A stretch of 64,000 nucleotides of DNA from Amoebidium appalachense (lineage: Eukaryota; Protista; Ichthyosporea): NCBI GenBank assembly GCA_963693365.1, contig CAVNZM010000015.1:6039331-6103330 (forward strand), written 5' to 3'. Below are positions 44,001-55,554 of the stretch, piece by piece. The translations under genes and the position numbers were made by a program. Position 1 is the stretch's first letter; each line of letters opens with the position of its first letter. The notes under the pieces are model-generated. The model worked only from the letters and a program-made list of their open reading frames with translations. It searched no databases and had not been told where the DNA came from.

Positions 44001-46337
44001 CCTTCACTACTGAAGAAAGTGACGTGGAAGACGAATACGAATACGAATGCAAGGTGTTGTTGACTAACACATCGGACCATCATGTGTACCTAGGCCCTGG
44101 TACGGAGGTGACCATGTTATTCCCTTGCAATATGATGACACTGTAACAATTTAGCACGTGCATACCCCACCAATGGGCACATGCGGGAGACAACCCCACA
44201 AGCTGCCTTATTGGGCACCTCTGCTAAAACGAATATTCTTCTCATGAAGGAACAGAAGAATGCCACGAACACGAACCACACACCCCCCAGGCAGCTACTT
44301 ACGTCTGATGTATGAAAGTAGTAGGTGTGTGAATGGGGTAACTTCATGAACACCAACACGAAAGCAAGCACAGCACAAAGCAGTTCCACGAATACGAATG
44401 GTTTTGGTATTCCACACAACGAACAGAACCTACAGTAGGGCCACCTACAAATGAAGCAGAGGATGGGGCACCATCCAGACCTGCACTGGAGGATATGAAG
44501 ATACGAAGCGCGCTCACGAAGTTGCTTACAAAAGAAAGGGCGACCGTGACGACTTTTCTTTTGAGGCCAAGCCTCCAGAAGAATGTATTATGCCTGGAAT
44601 CCCCCTGCTCAACGAAAATCGCTGGCTCATGGGATACGAAAACTGCTCACGAATGGAAGCAGGTGTTTTCTGAAGAAGGCTTGCTTTGCCTACCCTCTTC
44701 TTATGAATTATGAATCGGGTTTTTACTGGTTCTAACGGGCTGATAGATTTCTTTATGTCACCCAACGAAGAACACTAAGGGCATTTTTATTCTGTTTTTC
44801 CCAGCTCCGATGATGCAGGGTTAAAGCTGAAAGGAAAGAAGTGCTATTTGTTCATGAAAGAAGTGGCTTTTCTGGCCATGGCGACTCGCCTTACAGTCTT
44901 AAGGTAGAACCGGGATAAGGAGCAGCGGCTAAGCCTTGAAGCTATCCACCACTACCTGAGCTACGAAGTGACCTAAGGCTTGAGTTATATTCATTATCGA
45001 ATGCTTGGTATGATCATTCATCCACACAACCAAATTACTCGCAATTGAAAACGAATCTGCGGGAGTATCCTAAAAAGGAAAAATTCCCAAAAAGGAAAAT
45101 ATTACTTCTACAGAAAAAGCCAAGCACAGAGACGAAGCGAACAATTCGCACGAACACTCTGCAACAATCTTCGCCACGAAAATGAACGCACAGAAGAATG
45201 CTGCATGAATTTACGTTTTGGCAAACGAAGAAGTGCTCATAGACGTGCACAACTCTATTCAACCATCCTTGCTCTGTTCTGCCCAGCAGCTCGGCGCACA
45301 AGAATTCTCGCTGAAGGTTGTTTATCGCCTCTCAGCCTGGTGGTTTGCTTGCCTAACGACACCACCAGGCTCCCGACAAGGGGGGAGTGTAAACAACTGT
45401 ACACATGAACTGTACATGTTTACTAAAGAATGTGATCTACTAGCACACGATTCGTGCTTTGTCATGAATAGCACATAAATATTATGTCCGCACCAATAGG
45501 ACTCACTCTGACCTAAGAATTGGACCATATATGGTTCTACCGCTGCATACCACATCAACGAAGTGAACCAATAAGATGTTTTTACAGCTTAAATAGGACG
45601 AAGGTCTGACTGGCTCGGACCGCACCAGAATCACGAATGGCATGTTGCCACCCGCGCTGGCCGTGGATGAACCAATCCTGGGCCTTGATCCGAAACCTGG
45701 GGGCTATATAAGAAAGCCGTCCCAGTACGGGGATCACATCAGTGAAGTCTAGTCTGAGACAGACTGAGTCGGCCCATAGTAAAAGCAACCTGGCCGCGTG
45801 TGCCTTTCTACCCGTTCTCTGTCTTTATGTTGATTCAGTTGTACTCTGCCTTATCCTAACTAGTCCAACTGTTTACAGGTAGGTGATGCTGTCATTGACA
45901 CTGCTACCCCGGGGCCAGGAGAGGTGGTGGATTCGACGGTACTTGGGGGGTTCCCTTTCTTGGTAACGGCGCCGATGGGGGAGGAACGGTGGACCGGAAA
46001 TTCGTCAAAGAATTGGGCCGGGGAGAGGGGGCCGCGCAGGTGGCCGAGGGCGACTTCGTTGGCAATATCCGCCGTGATAGCGGAAGCTGCCTCCGGGGTG
46101 GTGGGTAGGTTGGGGCCCACCCGAGAGGTGGAGGGGCCGCGATAGCCGATGTCGACACCGAATTCAACATCGTGGAGGAGTTGGGCGGCGAATGATTGGT
46201 CTGGGTAGGAGGCCAGCAGTTCCCGGAGGCGGGAGGTGTCAATGTGGTGCTGGGGCAGCGGGGCGGGCCTCCGGGTCTGAGCCTCGGGGGAAGGGGTGGT
46301 TAGCAAGGGTGGGGCACCCTCGGGGAGATCCCGGCAG

Positions 46338-46373
<36 letters not shown>

Positions 46374-46472
46374 CGAGGCAGGGCCCCGGGGGGGGGGGGT
46401 AGGGCAGCTGGGCCCGAGTGAGGTTGGCAGGGAGGGCAGCGGGGCCCTGTGCAGGGGAATGTGCCCGCGCGT
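41093..46472 (-). pseudogene. RT/RNase H of Ngaro copy 2, split by an LTR element, with a nonsense change at 41921-41923
   Basis: Pieces 45878-46472 and 41093-42320 carry YVDD and RNase H motifs. CAG in copy 1 is TAG here. Confidence 0.9.
42321..45877 (+). mobile_element. Non-autonomous Gypsy-derived LTR element (LARD-like)
   Basis: 490-bp LTRs 42321-42810 and 45388-45877 (TGTAAACA...TGTTTACA), TSD GGTAG, PBS tggcgacc, PPT aaggggggag. No long ORF. A remnant GLKLKGKKCYLFMKEVAFL at ~44818-44875 resembles the Gypsy RT C-terminus. Confidence 0.9.
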
Positions 46473-46767
46473 GCGGGGGTGTGGGCGGACACAGAGGTAG
46501 AAGAAGGGGGGGGGGAGGGAGTGCTAGGTGAGTGTAAGGGTGGGAGGCTCGTGGGATGGGGGGGGGAGTAAAATTATGTGCAGTGGCCAGAATAAACGTC
46601 TTTGTGTAGGGACATTTATTCTTGACGCGCGCGGGCGCCGTAGTTTGGCCTGCGAAATTTTTGTACTCAGCCCTATGGGCCCGTTCTCCCGAGCTCGTTT
46701 CCCTGTACTCGTGTGTCCTAGCTCCTAACCCCTATGTTCTAGCTGTGTGTGTGGGTGTGCGCTTAGA

Positions 46768-47937
46768 CTAGGCAATGTGTTTGCAGTCTTTGCGGGGGTG
46801 TGTGCCAGAGCAGAGCGGGCACACGTGGGAGAAGGGGCAGGGCTGCTTAGCGCAGGACCGACCGTTAATGTGGAAATTCCTGCAGTGTGTCGCGGGTAGA
46901 TCCACGGGTCGGGCCGGTTTTGTCGGGCCGGGTTGCGGGCCAGGGCGGTTAGGGGTTTGACCCCCGCCGGGCTTGTGGGGCGGTTTAAAGCCGTCAAGAC
47001 CACAGCCGGGCTTGGGGTACATGGGGCAGGCCGCGCTGGGGTGGTCAGGGAAGCCACAGCGCTGACATGCGTCCGGGATGAGCAGAGTGGGAGGCAAGAG
47101 GAGATCCTGGTGGAGTTGGGCGAGCAGGTTGGGACACTCGATCGGAGCCCGACCCTGCTGGTGGGCAACGGTTCGGGCGTATACGTCATAGTTGTGGATC
47201 TGGGCCCACGGGTACCGGGTGCTGAGGCGAGTGATGTGCTGAGTCCAAAGTACGTCTTTGTCTGTGGGGAGGCCGAGGTGGTGCTTGGCGGCCATGTAAT
47301 GGGTCCAAGCCTGGATCCAAATGACGAGTGAACGCAGGGGAACGGGTTTGTCTTGGCGAAAAGTCTCAATGCTGCCGTCGTCGGCCATGCGCAGATGCTG
47401 ACCTTTCTTGGATGGGGCCAGGAGGGCGGCGGGGGTGAACTTATACAGGTCGACGAAACGATTGGCGCGCAAATCTGCCAGCACATCCGCGGGGGGAAGC
47501 GGGAGTGTGCCCGGCTGAATGTCGCCAGTGTTCTCACCTGTGATGGGGGGCGCGGGCAGGGCAGGTAGGTCGAGGTCAGGGCCGAGATGCAGCCCCGGGG
47601 AAACCTCCCCGGGTGCGGAGGGCGCGGCGGGGGGCGCGGGAGGGTCGCGGTTGGTGAGAGCAGCCAGGACGCCAGCCATCTGGGTGCTGATGGCGGTAAG
47701 GGCGGCAAGGACGGCGTCTTGAGAAGTCATCTGCGGGGACGGCGGGGCCTGAGGGGGGACTTCAGGAGGGGAGGGGAGACTAGCCGGCGGGTCCGGGTCA
47801 GTGGTGGTATGGGCCGCTGGAGGCGCGTCAGTGTCCGCGGGAGCGTTGGTCAGCCTGTGGCGGAGGTCGCTGCGGGTCAGGCGCTTGGGTGCCGCGTCAG
47901 GGGCGGTGGCTGAGGCCTGGCGCTTTTTCGGCGGCAT
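46768..47937 (-). CDS. Gag-like ORF1 of Ngaro copy 2 with C-terminal zinc fingers
   Basis: 389 aa, ATG start just inside repeat A1. Motifs CQRCGFPDHPSAAC and CRNFHINGRSCAKQPCPFSHVCPLCSGTHPRKDC. Confidence 0.88.
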   Translation of the reverse strand: MPPKKRQASATAPDAAPKRLTRSDLRHRLTNAPADTDAPPAAHTTTDPDPPASLPSPPEVPPQAPPSPQMTSQDAVLAALTAISTQMAGVLAALTNRDPPAPPAAPSAPGEVSPGLHLGPDLDLPALPAPPITGENTGDIQPGTLPLPPADVLADLRANRFVDLYKFTPAALLAPSKKGQHLRMADDGSIETFRQDKPVPLRSLVIWIQAWTHYMAAKHHLGLPTDKDVLWTQHITRLSTRYPWAQIHNYDVYARTVAHQQGRAPIECPNLLAQLHQDLLLPPTLLIPDACQRCGFPDHPSAACPMYPKPGCGLDGFKPPHKPGGGQTPNRPGPQPGPTKPARPVDLPATHCRNFHINGRSCAKQPCPFSHVCPLCSGTHPRKDCKHIA

Positions 47938-48053
47938 GCTGACCGGCGTACGGAAAGATAGGGAGAGTGAAAAAGAGAAATATAGCTGTAAAGCTGTAGG
48001 TGCTAAACACAGAAGATGTGTTGTTGCCTGCTGATCTGCTAAAAACTGTCGTG

Positions 48054-48131
48054 CTTATATACCTACGGCTACCGAACTGAGCCAATCAAAACCGATCTAG
48101 TGTTATGTGAAATCTTATCCTGAGCCAATCA
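48054..48131 (-). promoter_or_regulatory. Putative Pol II promoter in Ngaro repeat A (two CCAAT boxes and a TATA box)
   Basis: Two gagccaatca motifs 43 bp apart, then tatataag on the element strand ~120 bp upstream of ORF1. The same layout occurs in all four A repeats. Confidence 0.5.
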
Positions 48132-48925
48132 GACTCGGTCTAGTGATCTGTGGAATCTGGTGTTTTGATCGGCTAATAGGTGCCCGTATGCGGGCAGCCG
48201 AACGCGAACTGCTAAAACATGAAACAAAGCCTGTTGATATCGGACACCCATCCTACGTGTTTACCCAGAAAAATATTTATGTCAATAATTTCCACAAATA
48301 AAACCCAGACACAGACACAGACATAATCACAGGACGGACACAGACCAGACAGACAAACGCCATATGCACAAAAGCAGGCAACACAAAACTAACCTTCAAA
48401 GGGCCTTTCAGCCGTTAGGCAGCATGCAGCATGGTCCAAAACAATCAGCACGGTGGCTGCGCGATCTGCGGAGGGGATCTGTGACCAGGCAACCTGCGGG
48501 AAGGGAACTGCGACCAGGCGACCTGCGGGAAGGGACCTGCGACCAGGCGACCTGCGGGAAAGGACCTGCGGACCTGCGGGAAGGGGGAAGAGAAATGGAG
48601 CAAACAACGTGCGTACAGGCTTAAATGGAGAAAAAATTGCAAACCGGATTGGGATTTAGCCAATCACTATTCGCCGCGCCTGATTAGGAAAAAGATAAAA
48701 ATAGATTTCGGCTTGCGCGCGCGCGCATCAGCTTGGTGCCCTTAGCGCTACCCTTAGTGCCCTTAGTCACAACTATCACACTATAGTTACGTGTCCTCCA
48801 CTTCTTTGTTCTTGACCATTTTTTCGGCATGAAAGGGTTTCTGTTACTTCTTGCTGTCCTTCTTAGCGTGCTTGCTTGTCTTTTTTTCAACATGGGTGTC
48901 ACTGGCGCTTTCGACTTCTTTGAAA

Positions 48926-48973
<48 letters not shown>

Positions 48974-48999
48974 GCACGCACACACACTCACACATGCAC

Positions 49000-49031
<32 letters not shown>

Positions 49032-49176
49032 GGCGCGCACACACAGGCACGCACACACACACAGGCGCACACCTACACAACACACACAGCACATGCACAC
49101 ACAAGCGCACACACGCACACACCCTGTTATCCCTGATCATGATGCCCCCTCCCCCCCTCCCTCTTCCCCCCCGCGC

Positions 49177-49208
<32 letters not shown>

Positions 49209-49499
49209 ACCCACCCCACCCACCCACCTACAAAGACGAAAACATTGTACATGTATTGCATACACAAATATACTCGCACATATACATACACACATTCACT
49301 TTAATCTTTCAGGCTACATGTGCAATATACATTAATTATGCACAGTCGATAGAATTCGTTGTGAAACCCCCCCCCCCCCCCCCCTCCTCGTTCCCCCCAT
49401 ATGCAATGGGGATAATATTGTTTCCCGCTATATAAAAAATCACCGTTCTAACTTCCTAAGACCGAACCACTTGTAACACCGACAGTTTCGGTTGTGTGG

Positions 49500-49532
<33 letters not shown>

Positions 49533-49647
49533 CCCACCCACCACCACCTTACCAATATTGAGGTGTACACTGCCCCCACATCCCCAACTGTGTGCTGAAT
49601 ATCCCGTGCTAGGAAACCAATAACGTGAAAGTAACACATGCCGCATG

Positions 49648-50200
49648 TGGGTAGTTATTGAAAAAACCAATAATGTCTAGGTAACTTATGGCATACTATG
49701 TACATATACTATGCTACAAAGGGGGTTCTATACGAGCTACAACGTTGTGTTTTTTTCGTGTGACCCTCGTACTCCAGGGGCACATTCACCATCCCCCCAT
49801 AAACTTTGTGGTAAAGTTCTCGTGCTAGAAGCTGTTCTGTGGGTAGTTATTGAAAAAACCAATAATGTCTAGGTAACACATGTACATATACCATGCTACA
49901 AGGGGGGTTCTATTCGAGCTACAATGTTGTGTTTTTTTCGTGTGACCCTCGTACTCCAGGGGCACATTCACCATCCCCCCCATAAAGGTTGTGGTAAATC
50001 GCTCGTGCTAGAGGCTGTTCTGTGGGTAGTTATTGAAAAACCAATAATGTCTAGGTAACATATGTACATATACTATGCTACAAGGGGGGTTCTATACGAG
50101 CTACAACGTTGTGTTTTTTTCGTGTGACCCTCGTACTCCAGGGGCATATTCACCATCCCCGCCATAAACTTTGTGGTAAATGTCTCGTGCTAGAAGCTCT
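49648..50200. repeat. ~181-bp tandem repeat, about 3 copies
   Basis: Unit tgggtagttattgaaaaaaccaataatgtctagg...tcgtgctagaagctgttctg. Confidence 0.9.
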
Positions 50201-50386
50201 TCTGTGTCTGATGTGTGGATGTCTGTGTATGTTGTGTGTATGTGCATGTCTGTGTGTGTGTATGTGCTCAGTTGAAAGGGAAGGGGGGGGAGAGGGGGGA
50301 TGCACCGTGTGTGTGCATGTGTGCACGTGTGTGTGTGTGTGCTCTGTGGAGAGGGAAGGGGAGGGGGGAAATGCACCGTGTGTGTG

Positions 50387-50434
<48 letters not shown>

Positions 50435-50584
50435 TGTGTGTGTTGTGTGTGTGTGTGTGCATGTCTGTGTGCATCGTGTGTGTTGTGTGTGTGTGGGCGT
50501 GCATGTCTGTGCATGTGTGCATGTGCTCGGTGGAGAGGGGAAGGGGAAGGGGGGGATTCGTGTCCGTGCATGTGTGCATGTGTG

Positions 50585-50635
<51 letters not shown>

Positions 50636-51236
50636 ATGTATGTGTGTGTGTATGTGCTCAGTTGAGAGGGAAGGGGAGGGGGGGGGTGCACCGTGTATGT
50701 GCATGTGTGCATGTTAATGCAAAGTACACACGGGGGAGTCCGTAGAATTTTTTTCCCGACGGAGGGGGGGGGGGACGTGATCGGGGAATTTCAGTGTTTT
50801 CTCCAGTCCCGCATGCAACATACCAGCCTTCGTATTCAAAAAACCCAAACACCCTTTCCTTTAGCAAGTAGCTGATTTTCTCACCACCAAACGTAGATGG
50901 GGGTGGGGGGGAGTGCCCACGTTCACCCACACATCCCCACGGGCATTTGCCGGCCCATCAGGGGGGGTCCAAGAGGGGGGGGGGGGGGGGGGGAGGGGTG
51001 ATTCTATAGTGTGCATGTGTTGTGGAGGGAAAAAACGTGCAAAAACCCTCAGAATGGACGGATTTCGATGCAGTTTTTTTTTGTTTTCCCAATGGGAAGG
51101 TATGTTAATGCAAAGTACACACGGGGGAGTCCGTAGGATTTTTCCCCGACGGAGGGGGGAACGTGATCGGGGAATTTCAAGACGAAAAATCTAAAATCTC
51201 AATATCTGCCAAAACCCTCCGAATGGACGGGGGGGA

Positions 51237-51271
<35 letters not shown>

Positions 51272-54200
51272 GGGGGGGGGGGAAGGGGGGGGGGGGGGGA
51301 GGCATCAAACGTGATGGCTCACACACCCCCACTGAAATTTGCTGGCCCCATAGATGGGGTCCATGGGGGGGGGGGGTCATTGTATAGTGTGCTTTTTTTT
51401 TGTGGGGGGGGGGGGGGGGTTTACACATTGGGTGGTTATTTCCAAGGCAATGGCAACGTCCCCCCCCCCCCCCCCCCCCCCTCTCCCCGGCGGGCCCGCC
51501 GCTGCGCTGCGGAAGATTACTCTGATCCACTCGAATCCTTTTGTCCCAAACACAGGCTTGCAGGATAAGAAAGGCCTGCACTGCACCTTGCAAAGCTGGA
51601 TGCCTATTTTGCATCAGAAGGGAACTTCGACCCCAGCCCCAGGCTTGAAGGACGTGGCAATTGCCTAAAGTTCCTGCCGGTACAGCTGCAGTTGTTCCTA
51701 GCGGGCTTAACGCCTGCTGAAGCACGGGGGACTCCACGGGGGGATCTGCCTCTTCCAGTGAAAAGAAAAATATTCCCATACAACAGCTGCTATATTAGAC
51801 TGCAAGAAGGTGAGGAGGGAGTGTATCTTAGGGTGGTGGGGTGTAAGGAGTTTTATGGTCGGCGATCCGCACTGCAGTTTCAGGTATGGTTGGCGTATTT
51901 ATTCAGGACACGCGTACTGACAGAATAAGAAGTATAGCTCTAGTATAGCGTGATGATATTCTTAGGAGCTTCCTAAGGTATGCGATATATATCTTTGCGT
52001 TTTTTTGCGTTTTTTGTGCATTTTTTTATTTTTTTTATTTTTTAATGTGTTTATTTAGGGTAAATTCCACGCACCGGCCACTTGCTCCGCGCAGGCATTG
52101 CACCGTTTGCCAAGGTATCTCGCCTAATTTATAGGTTCCTTAAATATTATTATAACTAAAACTTCTGTATTTGGCAGTTGAATGCCCCAGTTTTACTTAC
52201 ATTAGACGGATCATGATTGTAATGATAACAGTGCTTCGGATTCTGGTTTGCACCCCTCCAGTAAATCTTTGTTTCCATTGGCTATCAACGCCTCGCGCGC
52301 ACCTGCGCGACGCCTTCATGATTCATGTTTCAATAAAAGCGTACCTTGTGACGCCTTCATTGTGAATGCAGTGTGAAATTCGATCCTAAAAAACAACCAA
52401 TCAAAAACGTTGGAGTGATCTATCCCACAATCAAATGCGAAATCCCTTTTCCGGCCGTATATATTGAGCTAACCCGCGCATCATGGATCGTGGTCCTGGG
52501 TAATCGGCATTGACCTGGTGGTGAAGACGCCGTGGCTGAGGATAGCGATACGTGCTTTGCTTTTCTATCCCAGGGAACACTTAAAGATCATCTAAATCGA
52601 TCCCATTAAAGCCTTAAAGAGGTCCTAAAGTAATCTTAACACAATACCTAATTGCAACTCTGAACATCTTTAAGCTACCCCAAATAGGGCGTGAAGATCG
52701 CAGAAAGGTATCACCAATACTTGCCTAAGATTGCGTTAGCATATCACATGCACAGAAATGGCCTGTCTTGAAGATATAATTTGGATGGCCAATAGCGCTA
52801 CAAAAGAACTCTCCAAAGATCTCCTTAGCTGATCCACTGCCTAGCTGTGATATATCCTGACGACAATCTAACGCAATCAGTTCGTTTCGCAAATGTTGCA
52901 TGGCCATACGGGATTAAGAGAGGATAAAGATTGTACTAAGATCTCCGCAGTACATCTTTAACATATCTCTACGCCCATCCCACGAGCGCCTTGTGTCAAC
53001 TTACTTGCGTGTATAATGCATCTTACACACATCTATATAATATGTATCGGTATCTCTCATAGACATCCTGTAGAATGAGTGCAGACGTCTTTAGGACATC
53101 TGTTAACTACCCCATGTTCCGGGATGATAAAAATATGTCCTCAATCCGTCCAAGATATCTTTAAGACGTAAAAGACATGAAAACCCGAAAGACGTCTTTC
53201 ATATATCCCGTATGCATCCGCAACCCATCAGACAATTTAATGGGGGGTTAAGGACATCCGGACTTGCGCTGATGGGTATAAGTGCACTTCCAGGTGTCTG
53301 TATGACATCTTGTCAGACGACTTTACTACGTCTTGCAGATGTCCACTGTCTTGAATCCGTGCCAGAAATATTTAATATATGGGATGTGTTTCAGACGCCT
53401 TGCCATCCTGAAATTCCGGGTTATCCTAAACCTGTCCTAAGCTATCTTTTAGATATATTAACGACGATAGGACGTCCTAAAGTCGTACAAGACAGGTTTC
53501 GGATGGGGGGTGATCTTTGCTGATGTTTGGTCCGGTGCTTGATGCTGTTGGTGTGCAGGAGGGCAATGGTGGACTGGTTGTCACAGTAGACGGGGGTGGG
53601 GTCGGTCATCGGGTAGCCGAGTTCACGGAGGAGATCACGGTGCCAGATGACGTTTTGAACAGCAGCATTGATGGCCAGAAGCTCAGCCTCGGTGGTGGAT
53701 GTTGCCGTGATGGACTGCAGCTTCGAATACCATGTGATGGGGATGCCCTTGAAGAAGATGACGTATCCGGTGGTTGAACGACGGGTGTTGGGGCAGTTGG
53801 CAAAGTCGGCATCAGAATAACACTCCAGCAAGGGGGTGTTGTCGTCGGATGCAGACTTGTCGTAGTGAAGGCCGAGGTTGGATGTGCCGATGAGGTACCG
53901 AACTACACGGAGTAGACATCATTCCCATGCAAGTTTGGTGGGGTGGGCACTGAATCTACCGAGGTAGCCGATGGCAAAGGAGATGTCGGGCCGGGAACAA
54001 CGAGCAACCCACAAAAGACGGCCGAGTAGTGCACGGTAGGGAACCTTGATGGGTGGTGAGTCGTTCTCGTTGATGGTGATGACGGTGCCGACGGGAATGG
54101 GAGTAGCCTTGGGGTGGGCATCGTTGAGGTTGAAGTCTCTGACGATGTCGTTGATGTAGGACTGTTGAAGCAGCTTGAGGTGACCGGGGGTGTGGATGAG

Positions 54201-54364
54201 CTGGGTGCCGAGGAAGATGTCGGGGAGGTCAACCTTGCAGAGAGCTGACTTCATGATGTGGTCTACTAGATCCTTGGTGTGGGAGGAGTTGGCCGTGCAG
54301 ATGATGATGACGTCGTCCACATAGTTGCCAGTGAGGATGATGTCACCGTTGGGGAAGGTCTTGA

Positions 54365-55289
54365 TGTTGTAATACGTAGTATTTACATATGGTAAGATCT
54401 TCTCAGTTTGTGTTATGTTTCAGTTCATATGCTTAGTGTAAATGCCACACTCCTATTATGTAAAGTGTAGCATCGATCTCCGATATGCTTGTATACTTGT
54501 AATCGTGTTGTATCGGCTTTAATCGTGTGTTGTAATATCGATTAGAATATTTATATGTGTGTACACGGATCCACCCACTCAGGGAGAGACGTGTACATGT
54601 TCGTGTGTACATAAATATCTCTGGTTATAGTTATGCTATTACTATCTTGTTTGTTGATCTGTGCTCTCTTTTCCTTCCTCTTTCTCCTTCCTTATTTTCT
54701 TTTCTTTCTCTCTTTGTCTTCATGTGTATAATCGTATTTCTTTTCTACTAATATATGTTAGGTAGATTTGTGTTACTTAATACGTGTTCATTGGACGGTA
54801 ACACACTTAGGCTACACTTAGAATAGCATGTGTGTTTAGACTTCATTAATTCACTTTAGTTTTCATGTGTTGCCGGGCTTTAACCAATCATCAAGGTTAA
54901 GTGTGATATGTCTGAGTCTTTGCAGTATGTCATAGGTTAGAACTTCCTTGATGATGACACGAGTTGACCTTAACTAGTGTCTGTGTCCTATCGTGTGCGT
55001 CTCCGCGTACCGGATCTCTCTGAAAGCAATTGGTTCTTAGTGATTGGTTTCTATTAGAGATAGATCTGATTTCCGACTGGTCGGAAATCATGTATGGATT
55101 GGACTTAGAGGAATTTCAGGTATTTATTCGAAGATCAGAATAAATTCAGTTCAGTCGTGTCTAAACATTGATGTCTGTTGTGTACACTGCTCCGATCGTT
55201 CCGTGTTTTGTTGTTGTGTGTGTCTGTGGTGTTTTTACACTGCACGACTGTGTCTCTGCTTTCATCCCAAATACTTATACAATTTAACA
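54365..55289 (+). mobile_element. Solo LTR of the Copia-E family
   Basis: TG...CA ends, TSD CTTGA (54360-54364, 55290-55294). Near-identical reverse complement of 61651-62574. Confidence 0.93.
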
Positions 55290-55554
55290 CTTGAAGTAGA
55301 CACATGGATCTGAACGGAGACGTTCGAGACCGTGAGCAAGGAGGACCTTGTCGAAGTACTCATACCAGGCCAGTGATGCTTGCTTGAGGCCGTAGAGTGC
55401 CTTCTTAAGTTTCCAGACCTTCAAGTTGTGCTCGTTGCCGGGGGTGATGAAGCCAGGTGGTGGCTCAATGTAGATGTCTTCTTGAAGAGGACTGTTGAGG
55501 AAGGCAGTTGAGACGTCGAGTTGATGAATCTCATGGTTGCCGTCCACACCGATG

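Larger units (their letters stand above)
39330..48305 (-). mobile_element. Ngaro/PAT-type tyrosine-recombinase retrotransposon, copy 2
   Basis: Split direct repeats A1 47967-48305, B1 39888-39976, A2 39549-39887 and B2 39330-39418. No TSD. Confidence 0.95.
37402..53525. mobile_element. Non-autonomous CACTA/CMC-like TIR element (~7.1 kb without the nested Ngaro)
   Basis: TIRs catcagcaaacatctccc and catcagcaaagatcaccc (16/18 match). 2-bp TSD TT (37400-37401, 53526-53527) splits the Copia-D RTK|HI codons. Subterminal regions of ~0.8-0.9 kb are rich in gacatc/gacgtc/gatatc. No transposase recognised. Confidence 0.8.
37238..55554 (-). mobile_element. Fragmented Copia element (Copia-D): RT/RNase H pieces 55290-55554, 53526-54364 and 37238-37401
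   Basis: HQLDVSTAFLN...KALYGLKQA, then YVDD...YSDADFA...KHRTK, resuming as HIAVRYH...NVADIFTKPL at 37401. The pieces rejoin after removing the solo LTR and the TIR element. LTRs could not be delimited. Confidence 0.88.

Noticed and set aside
48069-48084. Pol III A-box-like TGGCTCAGTTCGGTAG in Ngaro repeat A
   Set aside because: No B box or cloverleaf downstream; it overlaps a CCAAT box and precedes a TATA box.
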